This document shows positions 1 to 12,637 of a stretch of 64,000 nt of DNA, one piece after another. The notes under the pieces are model-generated. The model was not told the DNA's origin and ran no database searches. It saw only the letters and a program-made list of their open reading frames with translations. The number at the start of each line of letters is the position of its first letter. Within the stretch, counting starts at the first letter, position 1. Made by a program: the position numbers and the translations under genes. Origin of the DNA: Botryllus schlosseri (Eukaryota); the NCBI GenBank assembly GCA_051294905.1, contig CM119371.1, positions 41,480,001-41,544,000 on the forward strand, given 5' to 3'.

Positions 1-888
1 ACTTCGTGGTCGCATACAAAGCACGTAGTTGGACACTTCCATTCTCCCTTACTGATATGGCGCCATAATGCGTAGTTCGAGAATATTCGATTGGCCCGAA
101 GCTTCACACTCGACACTTGACTCGAGATCCAACCGCACATATACTCGATTCGCCCAACCCTATTAGTCACGATCAATGGTCACTAGCTGCTCATTTCACG
201 AAATCGGTATATATATAAACCACAAATGGTCAAAAGTAGACATCGTTGGTAAAGAAAGCAGAAATAGACGTAACGCCTAAATTTCAATTCCAGTACAAGT
301 AAAAGTATTGATTTCCCAGTGAGCGAAAAAAGTAAGTATGCCTTACTCTAGGCCTGGTTGTTCTGAGCTGAAAACTGTTAAGTGATGGATTCTTAACCAG
401 GGTTCCGTGGACCCCTTGGGGGTACGAAGCATACCAGACCACGGCTTACGAGATGCATTGTGGAATTAGGCCTATACTTTACCTAAAGCCTACGATCATT
501 TTACAAACTGACAGAAAATGGAATGTTTTCTGGGCAGTTCTATTCGAATCAAAACTTTTCTTCGCATTATGCGAGATTTCATGTCACTTGTCTTTTTTTA
601 ATTAATATTTTTAGTATAGGTACCATCAGAAGGTATGTAGAAACTGGAAAGGGGGTAAGAGAAACTGTTTTGAAAGCTCGATGGGTACGATCGCTAAACA
701 GGTGAAGAAACACTGGTCTAAGTAGTACGTGTCGGCAAAATCTACTTGAGTACTCCGAAAAAGTAGAAGTACTTCGGTAATGACCAACTCTGATATAGAC
801 TTTCTGCGAGGAACAATAACGAGGGGTTTCGCGAAGCTTTGGACTGGTAACCATCCAGTGTATATTCGGTTCATGTATAGTTCCAGTG

Positions 889-1437
889 TCACTGTTCCAG
901 CATCTTCTTTGCCGATTCCGGTTTATCGTCAATGTCCTCCAAAATGTCATCCTGCTGTTTGGCGCAATACATTTTACGTACCATATACGCTGCTGAAACA
1001 CCGTAACCAAGCGCTAAGACGAATGCCAGCACCAGTACGGTCAGATTCCGTCCCCCGTTTCGGAAGGATTCTTCGTCAGGACACACGCCTACATCGACCA
1101 ATTCGTACGAGTCTTCGCACCACCATATAAACCAATGCGCCGTGACGCAGAATGCTCCACAAGCCGCGTACAGCATGGCCGCTATGGCGTTACAGATCAT
1201 GTCAATTTTAGCGAGGCCACGCGATTCGGAGAAGGACAGGATTGCGTAAAACACGGACGTGATAATCCATATCGGTAGAGTTACGGCTGCGCAAAACAGC
1301 GCTTGGTCGTGCACTTCTGGCGGCTCATCGCTTGTGGACAGTACTGAAATGAAGAATACGTTGTTACCAGATCTTCTGTAAATTTCTACCCAATAACAGG
1401 GAGAAGTAGCGATTTCAAAGACATGCCCAAAACACAT
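889..1437 (-). CDS. MARVEL-domain-like multi-pass membrane protein (intronless; 5' end uncertain)
   Basis: 182-aa ORF from ATG 1437. It has three clear hydrophobic helices: ALFCAAVTLPIWIITSVFYAI, KIDMICNAIAAMLYAACGAFCV and LVLAFVLALGYGVSAAYM. The D...LY and F...Y spacing resembles MARVEL TM3/TM4, and the C-tail is acidic. The family call is from motif recognition only. Confidence 0.6.
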   Translation of the reverse strand: MCFGHVFEIATSPCYWVEIYRRSGNNVFFISVLSTSDEPPEVHDQALFCAAVTLPIWIITSVFYAILSFSESRGLAKIDMICNAIAAMLYAACGAFCVTAHWFIWWCEDSYELVDVGVCPDEESFRNGGRNLTVLVLAFVLALGYGVSAAYMVRKMYCAKQQDDILEDIDDKPESAKKMLEQ

Positions 1438-2417
1438 CAAGCAGAAATGACTATTGAAGATCTAAGTTTGCGATGACGAATCGGTGATGTGGTTTTGATG
1501 CTGTTAACGTGCGGTAGCACTAAAGATCCAACGTAACAGCTCATCTTGTGCAGCAGTTATTCTATACTCTATACTAGTAATGCATTAGATGGGTGATGTG
1601 GTAGATATTTGTCTTTGTTACTCAGTTAGATATCGGGCTTCGAAGGGTTGCGGGATATACCGTGACGGTTCGACAGGTTAGTAGAAGTTGATACTTATCA
1701 ACCACTGGTACATGAAGGCGTAAAATACATAAATATGACGCAAGGTTGAAGGTTTGATCAAAATTAATTCAAAATTAGTTCACAGACAGTACTGATATGA
1801 TGGATTGAAGATAATTTATTTGATATGATGGATTTATTCAGATATCTTGGGGTTTCGAGCACTTACGACATCGGCTGGGATTGGCATCCATTGTCTCTAA
1901 AGCAATGCCTACTTTGGACTGAAATCGCAAACAATGGTAGCGTCACGTCATTAATATACATTGTTTGACAAGGCGGCAGATGGGAGTATTTGCTGGTCGC
2001 ACCACTCGGGTATATCCCCGGTATCGCCCGTGAGAATAACCCTTCGCCATCAAGAGATACCATGTCCCTACCTCAAATCTTAGTTCGTGTTGGAAAGTGG
2101 GTGAATACTGCATCAATGCAATCAATTGCGATTACAAATACTTCTGAATGGCGCTATTACCATTACAGTAAAATAAATTAAATCATTTAGATGGGTAAGG
2201 TAATCACAATTATTTATCCACCATTTCACATATTTTCCTTTTACAACGTAAGCCACATATTTGAATACATAGAGATTGCGAGTTTGCGACGACACTTGAT
2301 GACGAGAAAAGAATATTTTAGAAAATTGCTTGCTACGTCGCGATACATTCATTGTCATTAACTCAACTTAATCGTTGATGATTTATCGCTCCCGACAATC
2401 TTTATATTAGCTGCAAC

Positions 2418-3870
2418 CAGAGTTGGATCAAATACATTATTATATCAATTACAATTACAATTACTTTCATGCATGTTTCAATTACATTACAATTACAATT
2501 ACTCCATGCTTAAAATATCAAATTACAATAACAATTACAATTACTCCTTGCATGCTTAAATTACATTACAATTACAATTACAATTGCCGCTGTTGAACAT
2601 GCAATTATATAATCATAAATTCAACCGTGCTCCTTGAAAATCGTAGCGTCGTAATTAACAACAATTCAAGTATTCATGTTTCATTCATGATACGCAAATA
2701 CCCGTTAATTAATAAAAAGAAAAAACGTTTTCGACCTATTCCAGTATGCAGTATGTCGTTGAAAAAAGTTTTATAATATATGCACGTGTTGGATTTGCGT
2801 ATATAGTATATAATTAAAGAAATAATATTATTTTTATCGAGGGACGTAGGAATTAGGATGAGGAGTAAAAACAAAACCGTGCTTTGGCAGATAAGACGTT
2901 ATATAATATCCAGTCGTCTGGTTAGTTAGCCAGACGAAGTAACGATCCAGCATCGTGATCTGAAATCGTATTGTAGATTGCCAACCCACGGATAGATGCG
3001 CAAGATGTGAGTCACGGATGAATGCACCGACAAACGTACTGCAGATCCGGCTAAAAGCAGCAAACTTTGTAGTCCTAGAGCTGGCGATCCACGCGTCCAA
3101 ATTTGATGCATCTGGTCTTTATCGTAAGCTATTGATGCACTAATTCCGAAACTACAAATTAAAATCTCGTTAGGGCAATGTAACTGCTCCAAAATAGCCG
3201 TTCAGGGCCGACTGTTCTGAAAAGTGAGAGCGCTGCAGCAGCATGACCACAACAATGACCAATTACACCCAACGATTGTTCAGAACAATGCCGATTCCCA
3301 GACTTTCACGACTATTTTGGGATGGTACCATTGCCTGGAAATATACTTTTATTGCGGAATCAGTGCGACACTAGCTTTCGATTAGGACCATACATATCAA
3401 ATTTCGACGCTTGGATCGCCAGCTATGGGACTATCAATTCTGCTGCTTTTAGCCGGCTCAGCAGTTCGCTTCTCGGCGTATTCAATTGTGAGTCACGTGT
3501 TGCGAATCCATCCGTTGGTTAGTAATCTAATAATTGTATATAATGGCAGCCGAGGCCAGCATAGCGGTAAAAATAAAAAACTTCGCCAGCAAGGGCGCAG
3601 TCAAGGGCTTCCGCGAATGGATCCACCAAATTCCTTGTCGACATTTAAAGAAAATGCATTATGAGTCAATTATTTTATGTTGTGCTTGTCAGGTCTCAAT
3701 AGCAATTTAATGTAATTGAAATTGTAATTTGGCAAATTTTTGTCAAATTACAATTACAATGACCATTGCACAAAATGAAAATGCTTCAATTACAATTACA
3801 TTACAATTACATTGAAAAATGTAATTGATTACATTCAGCTCAATTACAAATTACAATTGATCCAACTCGG
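2418..3870. mobile_element. Non-autonomous hAT-like element with (AATTAC)n subterminal repeats
   Basis: Ends CAGAGTTGGATCAA ... TTGATCCAACTCGG (1 mismatch). Flanks gctgcaac / gctgcatg are an imperfect 8-bp TSD. AATTAC arrays lie at both ends. Confidence 0.7.
2980..3520. repeat. Diverged fold-back (long inverted repeat) nested in the element above
   Basis: 2980-3200 is the reverse complement of about 3310-3520, e.g. CCGGCTAAAAGCAGCA / TGCTGCTTTTAGCCGG and GCTGGCGATCCA / TGGATCGCCAGC. Confidence 0.7.
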
Positions 3871-4742
3871 GCTGCATGCAACCCGTGCTATCGTGATATA
3901 AGAGGGGAAAGGTTGGGGCACATTCAAAGATTAAGTGACGAATTCCGGAATAACGGTCGGTGCTGATTGATACTGCCTGCTTTAAATGTAACCAGGAGAC
4001 AACATGGACATGAAATTCAGACATAGTGAATAACGCTTCATAGTATGACCATGACATATACCTAACGTCCACCTAATAAGATCGTACTACAAATAATATA
4101 TAAGGCTGCAGTTCTATAATATAGTTCCATTGTAGAAATTAAATGAAGTCAACGTATCATTGCTATGACCATTCCATCACTCTGTAGTACATTCACCGAT
4201 ATTAAAATGCAACGTTCAAAACGAGAAATGTTCAAATATAAGCTACGATGTGATATGATATGATCATATGTATCATAGGATACACGGGCAATTGCTTCAC
4301 CTGGTACTGACTATGATACACTTGATATAAGGTTTATAACGTAGTCCACTTACCGTCGCCTACATATACCAGCCCCCAGCAAACGGCTCCGGTGATTATG
4401 AGTGCTGCTTTAAGTACACCCTCTACCGATCTATAGTAATCCTTGTTAAGCTTTAGACAACTCATAACATTTTACGACGGTCCGTACTGAATGGATAACA
4501 GCTAATACCATCGACTGTTGAACAGAATGTCTACAAAAATATATGAGTGAGTAAATGCTACGCTTGAATAACCGGCAAAGCCTCGCTCTGCGAAGATAAA
4601 CGCTCTCGAAGCCGCGATCGACAATTACGTAATCGTCTGAAGGCCGCAACGGCTAAATGACACGCCTCCACTCCCCTCCAGGTATCTCATATCGCTTGAT
4701 ATTATCACAGTTGCAATTCGAAAACCTGCGGTAGGCCATGGA

Positions 4743-5100
4743 CCATATTCCCTCTAATTTTTCTCAAGTCTGCGCCGCCCTTTGGACAAGAGTGCGTAGC
4801 CACGGCTGGACTCCCAAGAATTACCGACTTTTTTCACGGTAATATCTGGTGCTGACTAAAAAAAGATCGTCACTTTGACTCGACTCACGATTTCCCCGAA
4901 TTTTGCAAAATGACATCCGAAGCAGCAAAGGACTGGGGAGTTTTATTTATCGCGTTTTAAAACATTTTCTACAAAAAGAGATGGTGTCGCTTCGTTTTAT
5001 TTTTTTCAGCCACAGGTGGATTTTGTTGGGTGCGGCACACATTTTTCTGTGCTCGCAGACGTTGTCAGCAATTCGCACGGGCAGCTTAGAGGGAACATTG
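4743..5100. mobile_element. MITE, CAATGTTCCCTCTAA-type TIR family
   Basis: Ends CCATATTCCCTCTAA ... TTAGAGGGAACATTG. Same family as 57590-57784. No clear TSD. Confidence 0.6.
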
Positions 5101-5315
5101 GTACATGGGCCCAAATAAGTGAGCGAGACCGCAGGTAGAGTGTCTGGTAACCTATCTATATACCGGTAGAGAATGCAGGCTATTCGAATGGGATGACAGT
5201 TCAACGGAAAACTTGCTATTGCGCTAACCTTCGGTGTGAGTCCGCACAAATGAAGCATATCTGCTAGAATTAACTTAGCACTTTATTGAACTCCTCTGCA
5301 TAGTGCATATATATC

Positions 5316-5731
5316 TAGGGTTACCATACGTCCTCATTTACGATAATTTGTCCTCTTTTTTGACTTTTTTGGAAATTGTCGTTGGAGGACGTCCAAATGT
5401 CCTCTTTTTGAGATTTTGTCCTCTTTTTTTGGAATTTTGGTCAAAGAGAGGGCCAAATTCGACTGAGATACAGTAAATCAGCACTGAACTAACGCCCCGG
5501 CGGCTATCTCGGGAGCTGGCCGGAAAGCTGTCCTCTTTTTTAGTCAACCAACTGATAATGTGAAAGAAAAACCGTATTTTGGGAGCTGAGCCAGAAAGTT
5601 GACCTTTTTTTAGTCAACCGACCATGAAGTGAAAAAATTCACCATTTTTTCAGGATTTTCCTCCGGTATTGCAAGTCTGAAAATTTTGAAAAAGTGTCCT
5701 CTTTTCAGATTACCAAAATACGGTAACCCTA
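5316..5731. mobile_element. hAT-like MITE, TAGGGTTACCATA TIR family
   Basis: TAGGGTTACCATA ... TACGGTAACCCTA with internal GTCCTCTTTT repeats. A second copy at 18329-18632 has a perfect 8-bp TSD. Confidence 0.75.
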
Positions 5732-5774
5732 ATATAATCATAGGATAAATGGTTTGTACAATGTGGTTGTATAA

Positions 5775-5995
5775 CAGGGGTTCTCAACCCGCGGCCCGCG
5801 ACATCTTTCACTATGAAAGCAATTACTACGGACACAGGTTGTAACCAGGGCTTTGGAGCCGGAGCAAGGAGCCGGAGCCCCGGAGTCGTGTATTTTCAAC
5901 GGAGCCAGAGCTTGAGCCGGAGCTCAAAATGAAATTCTGATGAAGCCGGAGCCGGACCTGGAGCGGGTGGTTTGAAAAGTAGCTCCGGCTCCGGT
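5775..5995. mobile_element. Two adjacent hAT-end fragments
   Basis: 5775-5826 is the reverse complement of the right end of the 11369-12637 element. From 5846, a CAGGGCT end is followed by (GGAGCC)n repeats. Confidence 0.55.
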
Positions 5996-8605
5996 CTATT
6001 TTATAAAATGCTATACTAATGCTTTTGGCTGGATTCACAAAAGTTTACGATAATCGTTCGAAAAATGAAGAATTTTTGCCTCGTTGGCGCCACCTTTATT
6101 TAAACTAAGCATGTTCAAATTGTTCATATATATCGCGCTAAACCTGGGTATGCGAGATATGCCGTGCATTACTATACTCTGGGACGTGGTTATTCGTCAT
6201 ACCGACAATTTCGTCATCAGCACAACAGGTAATTGTAACACCGTGTTATTTTGCCTCGTTACAATATCTGCTCAATGCTGAATATTTCTGTTCATATATG
6301 TTGGTATAACCTAATTACCTACTGCAGATGAATCTTGCAACAGCCAGAAGTGGAATACCAGAACATATGCTACTTTGTCATACCATTTCTAACATGGTCA
6401 GCTATCGGAACGGCCATGTACAGAAGTGGTTCGGTTATTTCCGTGATTCTACCACACTTTCTCATGTTGGTTGACTTTTCGTGTCTCGACTTCAAGGGCC
6501 ATTTAAGAACTTGCCATGACTGAATCCGTATCCCCTGACTTTGAGCATGGCCCACTTATATTTTGTTATTTGGTGTGAACAGTTTATTTTAGTTTTGTAC
6601 AGAACAGAAAAATGCCATTAGCTTTGATGCCATAAAATGTTGTATCCTCGTTTTGCTACGCCATTCAACCAAGATATTTTGGTCAGGTCGGTTTTGCACC
6701 TTTGCATGTGACTCATTGTGTACGCTCACCATCAGCACCTTGGTAGAAGAGGCCGAATATGGGTAGAGAGGCGATGGAAGGAATGTGTTTCTTGTACACT
6801 TTGAGCTCATGAAAAAGGCACGAACTGTGACACTGTATTCAGTAGCCAAAATGCGATGGGGCGTAGCTTGGTAGCGTTCAAACTTTCTTTCTTTCTTTAG
6901 TTTAATGCAATAATACAATTTGTCCCCCCGTTTTCGTTGTTAATTTCGTTTGTTTATAATAACACTGTTACAATTGGCCCGCATGGGCAGTACAATTGCC
7001 CGTGGGTAGGAGGCTATTGTAATAATTGAGCGGCAATTTTTGCCGCTCCAAAATTTCCATGATTGATTGATTTTCATTAATTTCTATTGTAGTTTTTATA
7101 TCAACTATCGAGTTGTTTGTTGCATTATAAAAAGCCTTGGAAATGGAATTTCCATGAAAACAAACCGTAATGTTAGAAAAGACAAAAAGTGGTACAATTT
7201 CCCCCGGTCTCCCAACACTCTGCATTAGTTAGTGTGATGAAAATACCAACGATGGCATGACAATCAACTATTCAGACGCTTATTCAGTCATAACACTGAT
7301 ATGGATATCTGTAATATCAGCTACCTGCTGTGATTACCGGAAAAGTATCAAAAATTTCTTCAAATTATCAACTTTCTGTGGAAGTATACGGCACCACCGC
7401 ATCGAATCAAAATGGATGGAGGATCTATAGTGCAGCACAATGTTCTCTGAAGTAGGTTTAAAATGTCCAGTCTTGAAATCATTGTTCATAATGAGTCACG
7501 CAACTTGATTGTATCATTGGATTGAATGTCCTGACATCGTCACTTCAGTTGTACAAAACAGACTATATGTACATTGTGCAGCTTGCATATTAAAAAAATC
7601 ATTTTCCGCTTCTCTGTAGTAGCCTATCCCATTTACCAAATAATTGTTTGAAGCTGGCCCAGAATGGTTATATTATACCCCAGTGGAACTAAAACCTCAA
7701 TCGCACATTGCGGAGATTAGATCATTGAGTTTCGCGTCGTGAGTGGAACAGCGAGCGACATAATGTACACAAGAATTTTACGATCCACCAGGGCCGTAAC
7801 TGCCGCACCCTAAACTTCCGATTGGGGGAGCTCGAAGGATCCGAATTTTTTTTCGTTTTTCGTTTGTTGGAGAAAATATATTCAACTCGAAAATTTCCTG
7901 TGCTCAAACGTCCAAATATATAGCCTAGGCCTATATGATTAATAAGAGAAAAATGCGCATAATTTAGATATATAAGTAGGCATATCGGGACCGCCGATGA
8001 CCACACATTGAACAAGACTACAGCTCCGAGACAAGAGGTGGGCCACAGAACATTTCCAAGTCGGAAAATGACCACGGCAAAACAACGGTTGAGAACCTCT
8101 GCCTAGCATCACGGGAAGCAAGTATTCTCGATGGTAATACAATTAGCAAAAGTTAATTTTTAAACCGAGAAATCGTTACGTTTTAGCTATATCTGCTGTC
8201 GCGCGCGCGCCTCGTTGCCGAAATAAAATATAATACAAATTCCTTCGTCCATCCGTTTATTAATGTTACACGATCCCTATGCGGGATTAAAACACCATGC
8301 AAAGACTAAATGCAGTTGAGACGAAAAAGAAGGAAATCCATATTGTCCAGTAATAATGAAGCATCAATCAGAAACGTATATTGCATCTACTCTACTAATA
8401 TAATATAACTATCAAAATAATATGCCGGCCTACACAAACGATACTTCAAAGTTCAATCATGAAAGCATGGTATCCATCGTGATTTGTATTTTTCTGAAAT
8501 AACGCGACTATATTGCCTATGCATTAAAGAGAACGAAACACTTGGGTACATGAACAATCTGAATAAACATTATATATCAGGGTATCGTGGAATGCTCTGC
8601 TCTGT

Positions 8606-10867
8606 TCACTTTTCACCCGTAACCTTGATTTTGTTGATACTACTTTTGGAAACGTTAAGTTGTATCATGGTAGATGGACCATCAGTATTCGCACCTCCGG
8701 ATGCATTCTCCGACGTGAACATTTCGCCATTAGGCACACCGATGCACAATGGCAGATAGACACTCTCGCTTAAGCGAAGGTACTTGTATCCTCTTACGGT
8801 AATAACGCCAGGATCACTTACTTGCACATCCTCAAATTGGGAGCGTTCTATCTGGACCCCGTGTGATTGAAGTTCATCACAAATCGGCCCCGTGAGCGAT
8901 TTTTTCCTTGTGGCCGCCGAGCTCTTTCCCACGGGAATTGTATTAGTGTCCGCATTAGGAGAGACATACTCATAATTGCTGGTGTTTTGGTTTTTTTCAA
9001 ACTCAGTGAAATTATATGAATACGGTTCCTCGTTAAAGAATATAGAAACTTTGATTTCTCGCTCGAAACATTGTAGGCCACTCACATAAAACCAATTATC
9101 AAATCCTGGTTTTACTTCCAAGTCCAAATCGATCAAATTCTCCGAAATGTCGCCGATCGATGTTTCGTTGGAGTAAACCCGAAAATCGATGAATGGCGGC
9201 CCGTCGAAACACATGGAAATAATTTCCACGGCTGTCTCGCCAGCATCGGTGTCTTTCTGAGCCACGGTAGATTTTATATTATCTTGGAGGCTTTTGATGG
9301 TTTCGAAACTCGGTCCATTGCGATTCGATTGCAAGTTGAACTTCTCAGGTACGGTAAGATACTTTTTCTTAACCTTGTATCTTAAACCATCCTCATATTC
9401 AATAACAGCTTTACCTCCACGTTCGTATCCCACTAATCTTGAAGCGGTAGTGAGAGCTCTGACGACATCACTCGGAATAGAGAATCCTCGCAAAACGGCC
9501 TTAACGTAGCTGGGCGGACCCACATCCAGAAATACGGAGGATCCAATTTTTATGTTTTGCACCAAACTCTGGACTTTATAGTGATTTTCTTTCTCGTCTT
9601 CCGTGGCCTTTCGCAATGTGGGGGCTAAAACACCTACTTGCTGATTGCAGTTGTACTTTATCAAATAGTCGAAATCGTCGTCAACCAATCGCACTTCAGC
9701 AGTAGTACGCAAATATTCAAGAAAGGCAGTTGGTACTTTTGTTTTGCGTATGGCATCCCTGATATCTTCAATAAGCTTCACATTGACGATGTCACCCCTC
9801 TTCAACAATGGCTGACCGTTGCAATCGTCATTGTCAGTGGTTTCAAGAGATACAAGACATTTCGGATTCATCACCCAGAATCCACCCAGTTTGTATTGCA
9901 CTGTCACGTTCCCGTTTTTCTTGATGTGAATTATTGTAACTTGTTTCCCCGCACATTTCGTCATATCAGCTGACCAACCACCATGTCCAGATTGATATTC
10001 CACCAGCTTCCTGATGTCGATGATGACTTTGCATTTGTCCCCGACACTAAACCTGTCGTCGTGGTCTCTCTGGGGAACAGAAAGAGGCGTTTCCTGGTCT
10101 TGACATTTTGTTAGTATCGCGGAATTCACGTCGTAGCTGGTGCGCTCGTTGAAAGTTACAACGATAGCCACTTTTGTAACTGCGATTATTCGCCCTCTTC
10201 GCTTCAGCAACTTTTTTGGTATTTTTTCAAGGCCCTTTTGTACTATCTGAAATGCTCTGTCATCGTCCGAGGCAATCACCACGTAATCATTCACGTTCCA
10301 ACGTGATACGATTAGATTTTCCTTTTGTCTTTCTGAATCAGGAATTTTCTCCAAAAGCCCAGCATAAATTACACTGTACGAAAGTCTCGTTGGCGTATAT
10401 ATTTTCACTCCGTTTTCAAACGAACTCCATCGCTTCGTTACGACTGCATCAAAAGAATGAATAGTGTATAGACGCGGATTCCATCCCAGAGTTCTGTACT
10501 GAATGCTTCGAAAGTCAGACCTGGAATAACGAATTCTGACCCAATCACCTAGTTTGAAATCCCAGGAATCTTTCACGGGTATTTCAACTTCAACAGGCTC
10601 GTCGATAAGGGTTAGGCTGTTTGGTACTTGACTGATAGCAAATTTATCAGCTAATGAAAGTATACGAGCTTTACTTGAAGCGTGCAGTAATTCCACTGTA
10701 GAAGCCATTTTTTGCACGTCCTCGGCTCCATTTCCTGACGTTGTATTGAGAGACTCTTGTAAGTCATCTCTAATCCGTTTTAAAGCGTTTATGTCCAGCC
10801 CAGAACTCAGCTTTGAAATCTCACCCTGTCCCATCACGTACTTCACCGAGAATAAAATACGATTCAT
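8606..10867 (-). CDS. Intronless 753-aa protein with five Mind bomb SH3-like (MIB REP / SH3_15) repeats; no ankyrin/RING seen
   Basis: The best repeat, FSVGDKCKVIIDIRKLVEYQSGHGGWSADM...GNVTVQY...WVMNPKCL, matches the MIB1/MIB2 REP pattern (F.IGD.V.I..D...Q.GHGGW...M...W..NP..L). Four more diverged units start FKLGDWVRI, WNVNDYVVI, LKRGDIVNV and IKIGSSVFL (about 9350-10558). Confidence 0.75.
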   Translation of the reverse strand: MNRILFSVKYVMGQGEISKLSSGLDINALKRIRDDLQESLNTTSGNGAEDVQKMASTVELLHASSKARILSLADKFAISQVPNSLTLIDEPVEVEIPVKDSWDFKLGDWVRIRYSRSDFRSIQYRTLGWNPRLYTIHSFDAVVTKRWSSFENGVKIYTPTRLSYSVIYAGLLEKIPDSERQKENLIVSRWNVNDYVVIASDDDRAFQIVQKGLEKIPKKLLKRRGRIIAVTKVAIVVTFNERTSYDVNSAILTKCQDQETPLSVPQRDHDDRFSVGDKCKVIIDIRKLVEYQSGHGGWSADMTKCAGKQVTIIHIKKNGNVTVQYKLGGFWVMNPKCLVSLETTDNDDCNGQPLLKRGDIVNVKLIEDIRDAIRKTKVPTAFLEYLRTTAEVRLVDDDFDYLIKYNCNQQVGVLAPTLRKATEDEKENHYKVQSLVQNIKIGSSVFLDVGPPSYVKAVLRGFSIPSDVVRALTTASRLVGYERGGKAVIEYEDGLRYKVKKKYLTVPEKFNLQSNRNGPSFETIKSLQDNIKSTVAQKDTDAGETAVEIISMCFDGPPFIDFRVYSNETSIGDISENLIDLDLEVKPGFDNWFYVSGLQCFEREIKVSIFFNEEPYSYNFTEFEKNQNTSNYEYVSPNADTNTIPVGKSSAATRKKSLTGPICDELQSHGVQIERSQFEDVQVSDPGVITVRGYKYLRLSESVYLPLCIGVPNGEMFTSENASGGANTDGPSTMIQLNVSKSSINKIKVTGEK

Positions 10868-10874
10868 CAACGAT

Positions 10875-11307
10875 ACGGTACCAGGTAAGATCAGCCACTG
10901 TATTCACGTCACGTCACGTCACGTCATCGAATTACCACCCTTCTTTCAAGTATTCTATGGAAGATGAAACGCGATGCTGTTAGCTGCGATATTAAGTTCC
11001 GCATTTCTGTTGCGCCAGACAGGACGCCTATGTTTAGGGTTAGGGTAAGTTTTAGGGTTATACAGTCACATGCTGAAGTGACGCATGCTGATGTGTTCCA
11101 TGCTGAACTGTCGTTTTCCATTGTGTCGCATGCTCATATGTCGGGCAACCACGGTACCAGGTAAGATCAGCCACTGTATTCACGTCACGTCACGTCACGT
11201 CATCGACTTACCACCCTTCTTTCAAGTATTCTATGGAAGATGAAACGCGATGCTGTTAGCTGCGATATTAAGTTCCGCATTTCTGTTGCGCCAGACAGGA
11301 CGCCTAT
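10875..11307 (+). repeat. 157-bp direct duplication (10875-11031 and 11151-11307) with (CACGT)4 and a TTAGGG-containing spacer
   Basis: The two copies differ at one base (GAATTACC vs GACTTACC). The spacer contains TTTAGGGTTAGGGTAAGTTTTAGGGTTA. Confidence 0.9.
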
Positions 11308-11368
11308 TGCCGAAAACCTAGCCTATTGCCGGAAACCGGAAACCTAGTCAATAGCCGAAAACCTATGC

Positions 11369-12637
11369 CAGGGGTTCTCAACTTTCCTTGCACCACGGGC
11401 CGCATTTTAACAGCAAAAGACGCTGCGGGCCGCAGAACATCATTACCATGCATTTGTGGGCTACTATTAAATTTAGGCTACTGTAGCCTATTTACCAGTC
11501 GTATACAGGCCGGTATATGCACCTTCAAACCCTTCCAACAGAGAACCGAACTCTCTGTTTCAAAGCGGAAGGGAGCAAGTATAAAATTACGGTAACTTTT
11601 TCGTTACCGAAGCCATTATCACATTGAGCTCTCAGTGATACGAAAAAAAGTCAGGCGTTCGGGGTCATTTCTTAGCAAACCGATCAACCCTTCTCGTTTC
11701 ATTCCGTGGCGGGGGCCCTGCACCATTAGTTACATAAGTTAACTTGTCAAGTTGATGTTTTTCGCTGGTCCCCCTCCCACGTTGGCCCAGCCTGCATTTT
11801 CTCTGCAAATATGTCCACTCTGACAAAATGCACCCAGATAATTAGCTGTGCAAAGTCTGTAGACTCGGTGAATTCATCCAATGCTAGGATAAAGTAGTCT
11901 ACGTAACAACGTGTTTCAGAACATGCGATAAAAGATCGACTGACATTGCTGTTACTCTTTTGGTCATGGTTGAATCAAACAATTGTAGCTTCGACATATG
12001 TCAGGTGATGTTGTCATTGCTGCTAAGTTCCGGAAACATCAAATACTCGCAGATCTTTATTGAAAGCAAATTTCTTGGGTTTGGCGGTATTCCAAGCAAT
12101 TTTGAACGATGCGTCTGCAACGTCGTCGGCAATTTTACAATGCCTCGCAACGTTATTTATAAGATCAGGCGATATGAATAACTCCAGACGAAACTGTCGT
12201 ATTTTAAGCTTCTATGCTTCGTTACGACTCACGAAAACAGTTCTTCGACAAGTATGACACAACGGTCTTCCATTTATATCTGAGAAAGCAAATTTCTTGT
12301 TCCACGCAGAGTTACTAACCCAGTTTTCGCCGTTTAATTTCCCATTCATTGCTCTTGTTTCTGTTCAAACCATTCGCGGTGAGTAAAACACTCTTTAAAA
12401 ATGTCTACGTAGCGGGATTGTCGTGAACCAGAGTCCAACCGAACACAGATTCAAAACAATAACAATCTAAACTCGAGCATATCAAGAAACCAGAACACAT
12501 CAAAAATGAATAATCAAACGAAATAGAGATGGTGCGATAAGAGAGCTAAGCAGCTAAATTAATATGTAACAATACCGTTTCAGTAATAATTGCGTTCATA
12601 ATGAAAGATGTCGCGGGCCGCGGGTTGAGAACCCCTG
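11369..12637 (-). mobile_element. hAT (Buster/SPIN/Charlie-type) deletion derivative with decayed transposase
   Basis: TIR CAGGGGTTCTCAAC ... GTTGAGAACCCCTG and perfect 8-bp TSD ACCTATGC (nnnTAnnn, the Buster-type target). Minus-strand remnants WNKKFAF..NGRPLCHTC, ASFKIAW and YFILALDEFTESTDFAQLIIWV resemble the LALDES..D.AQL motif of this transposase group, with stops and frameshifts. Confidence 0.85.

Noticed and set aside
6130..6900. Coding-like patch with several short minus-strand ORFs
   Set aside because: No recognisable motif or consistent frame; cannot support a gene or TE call.
11033..11060. TTAGGG repeats as a telomere or fusion site
   Set aside because: Only about three imperfect units inside a repeat spacer.
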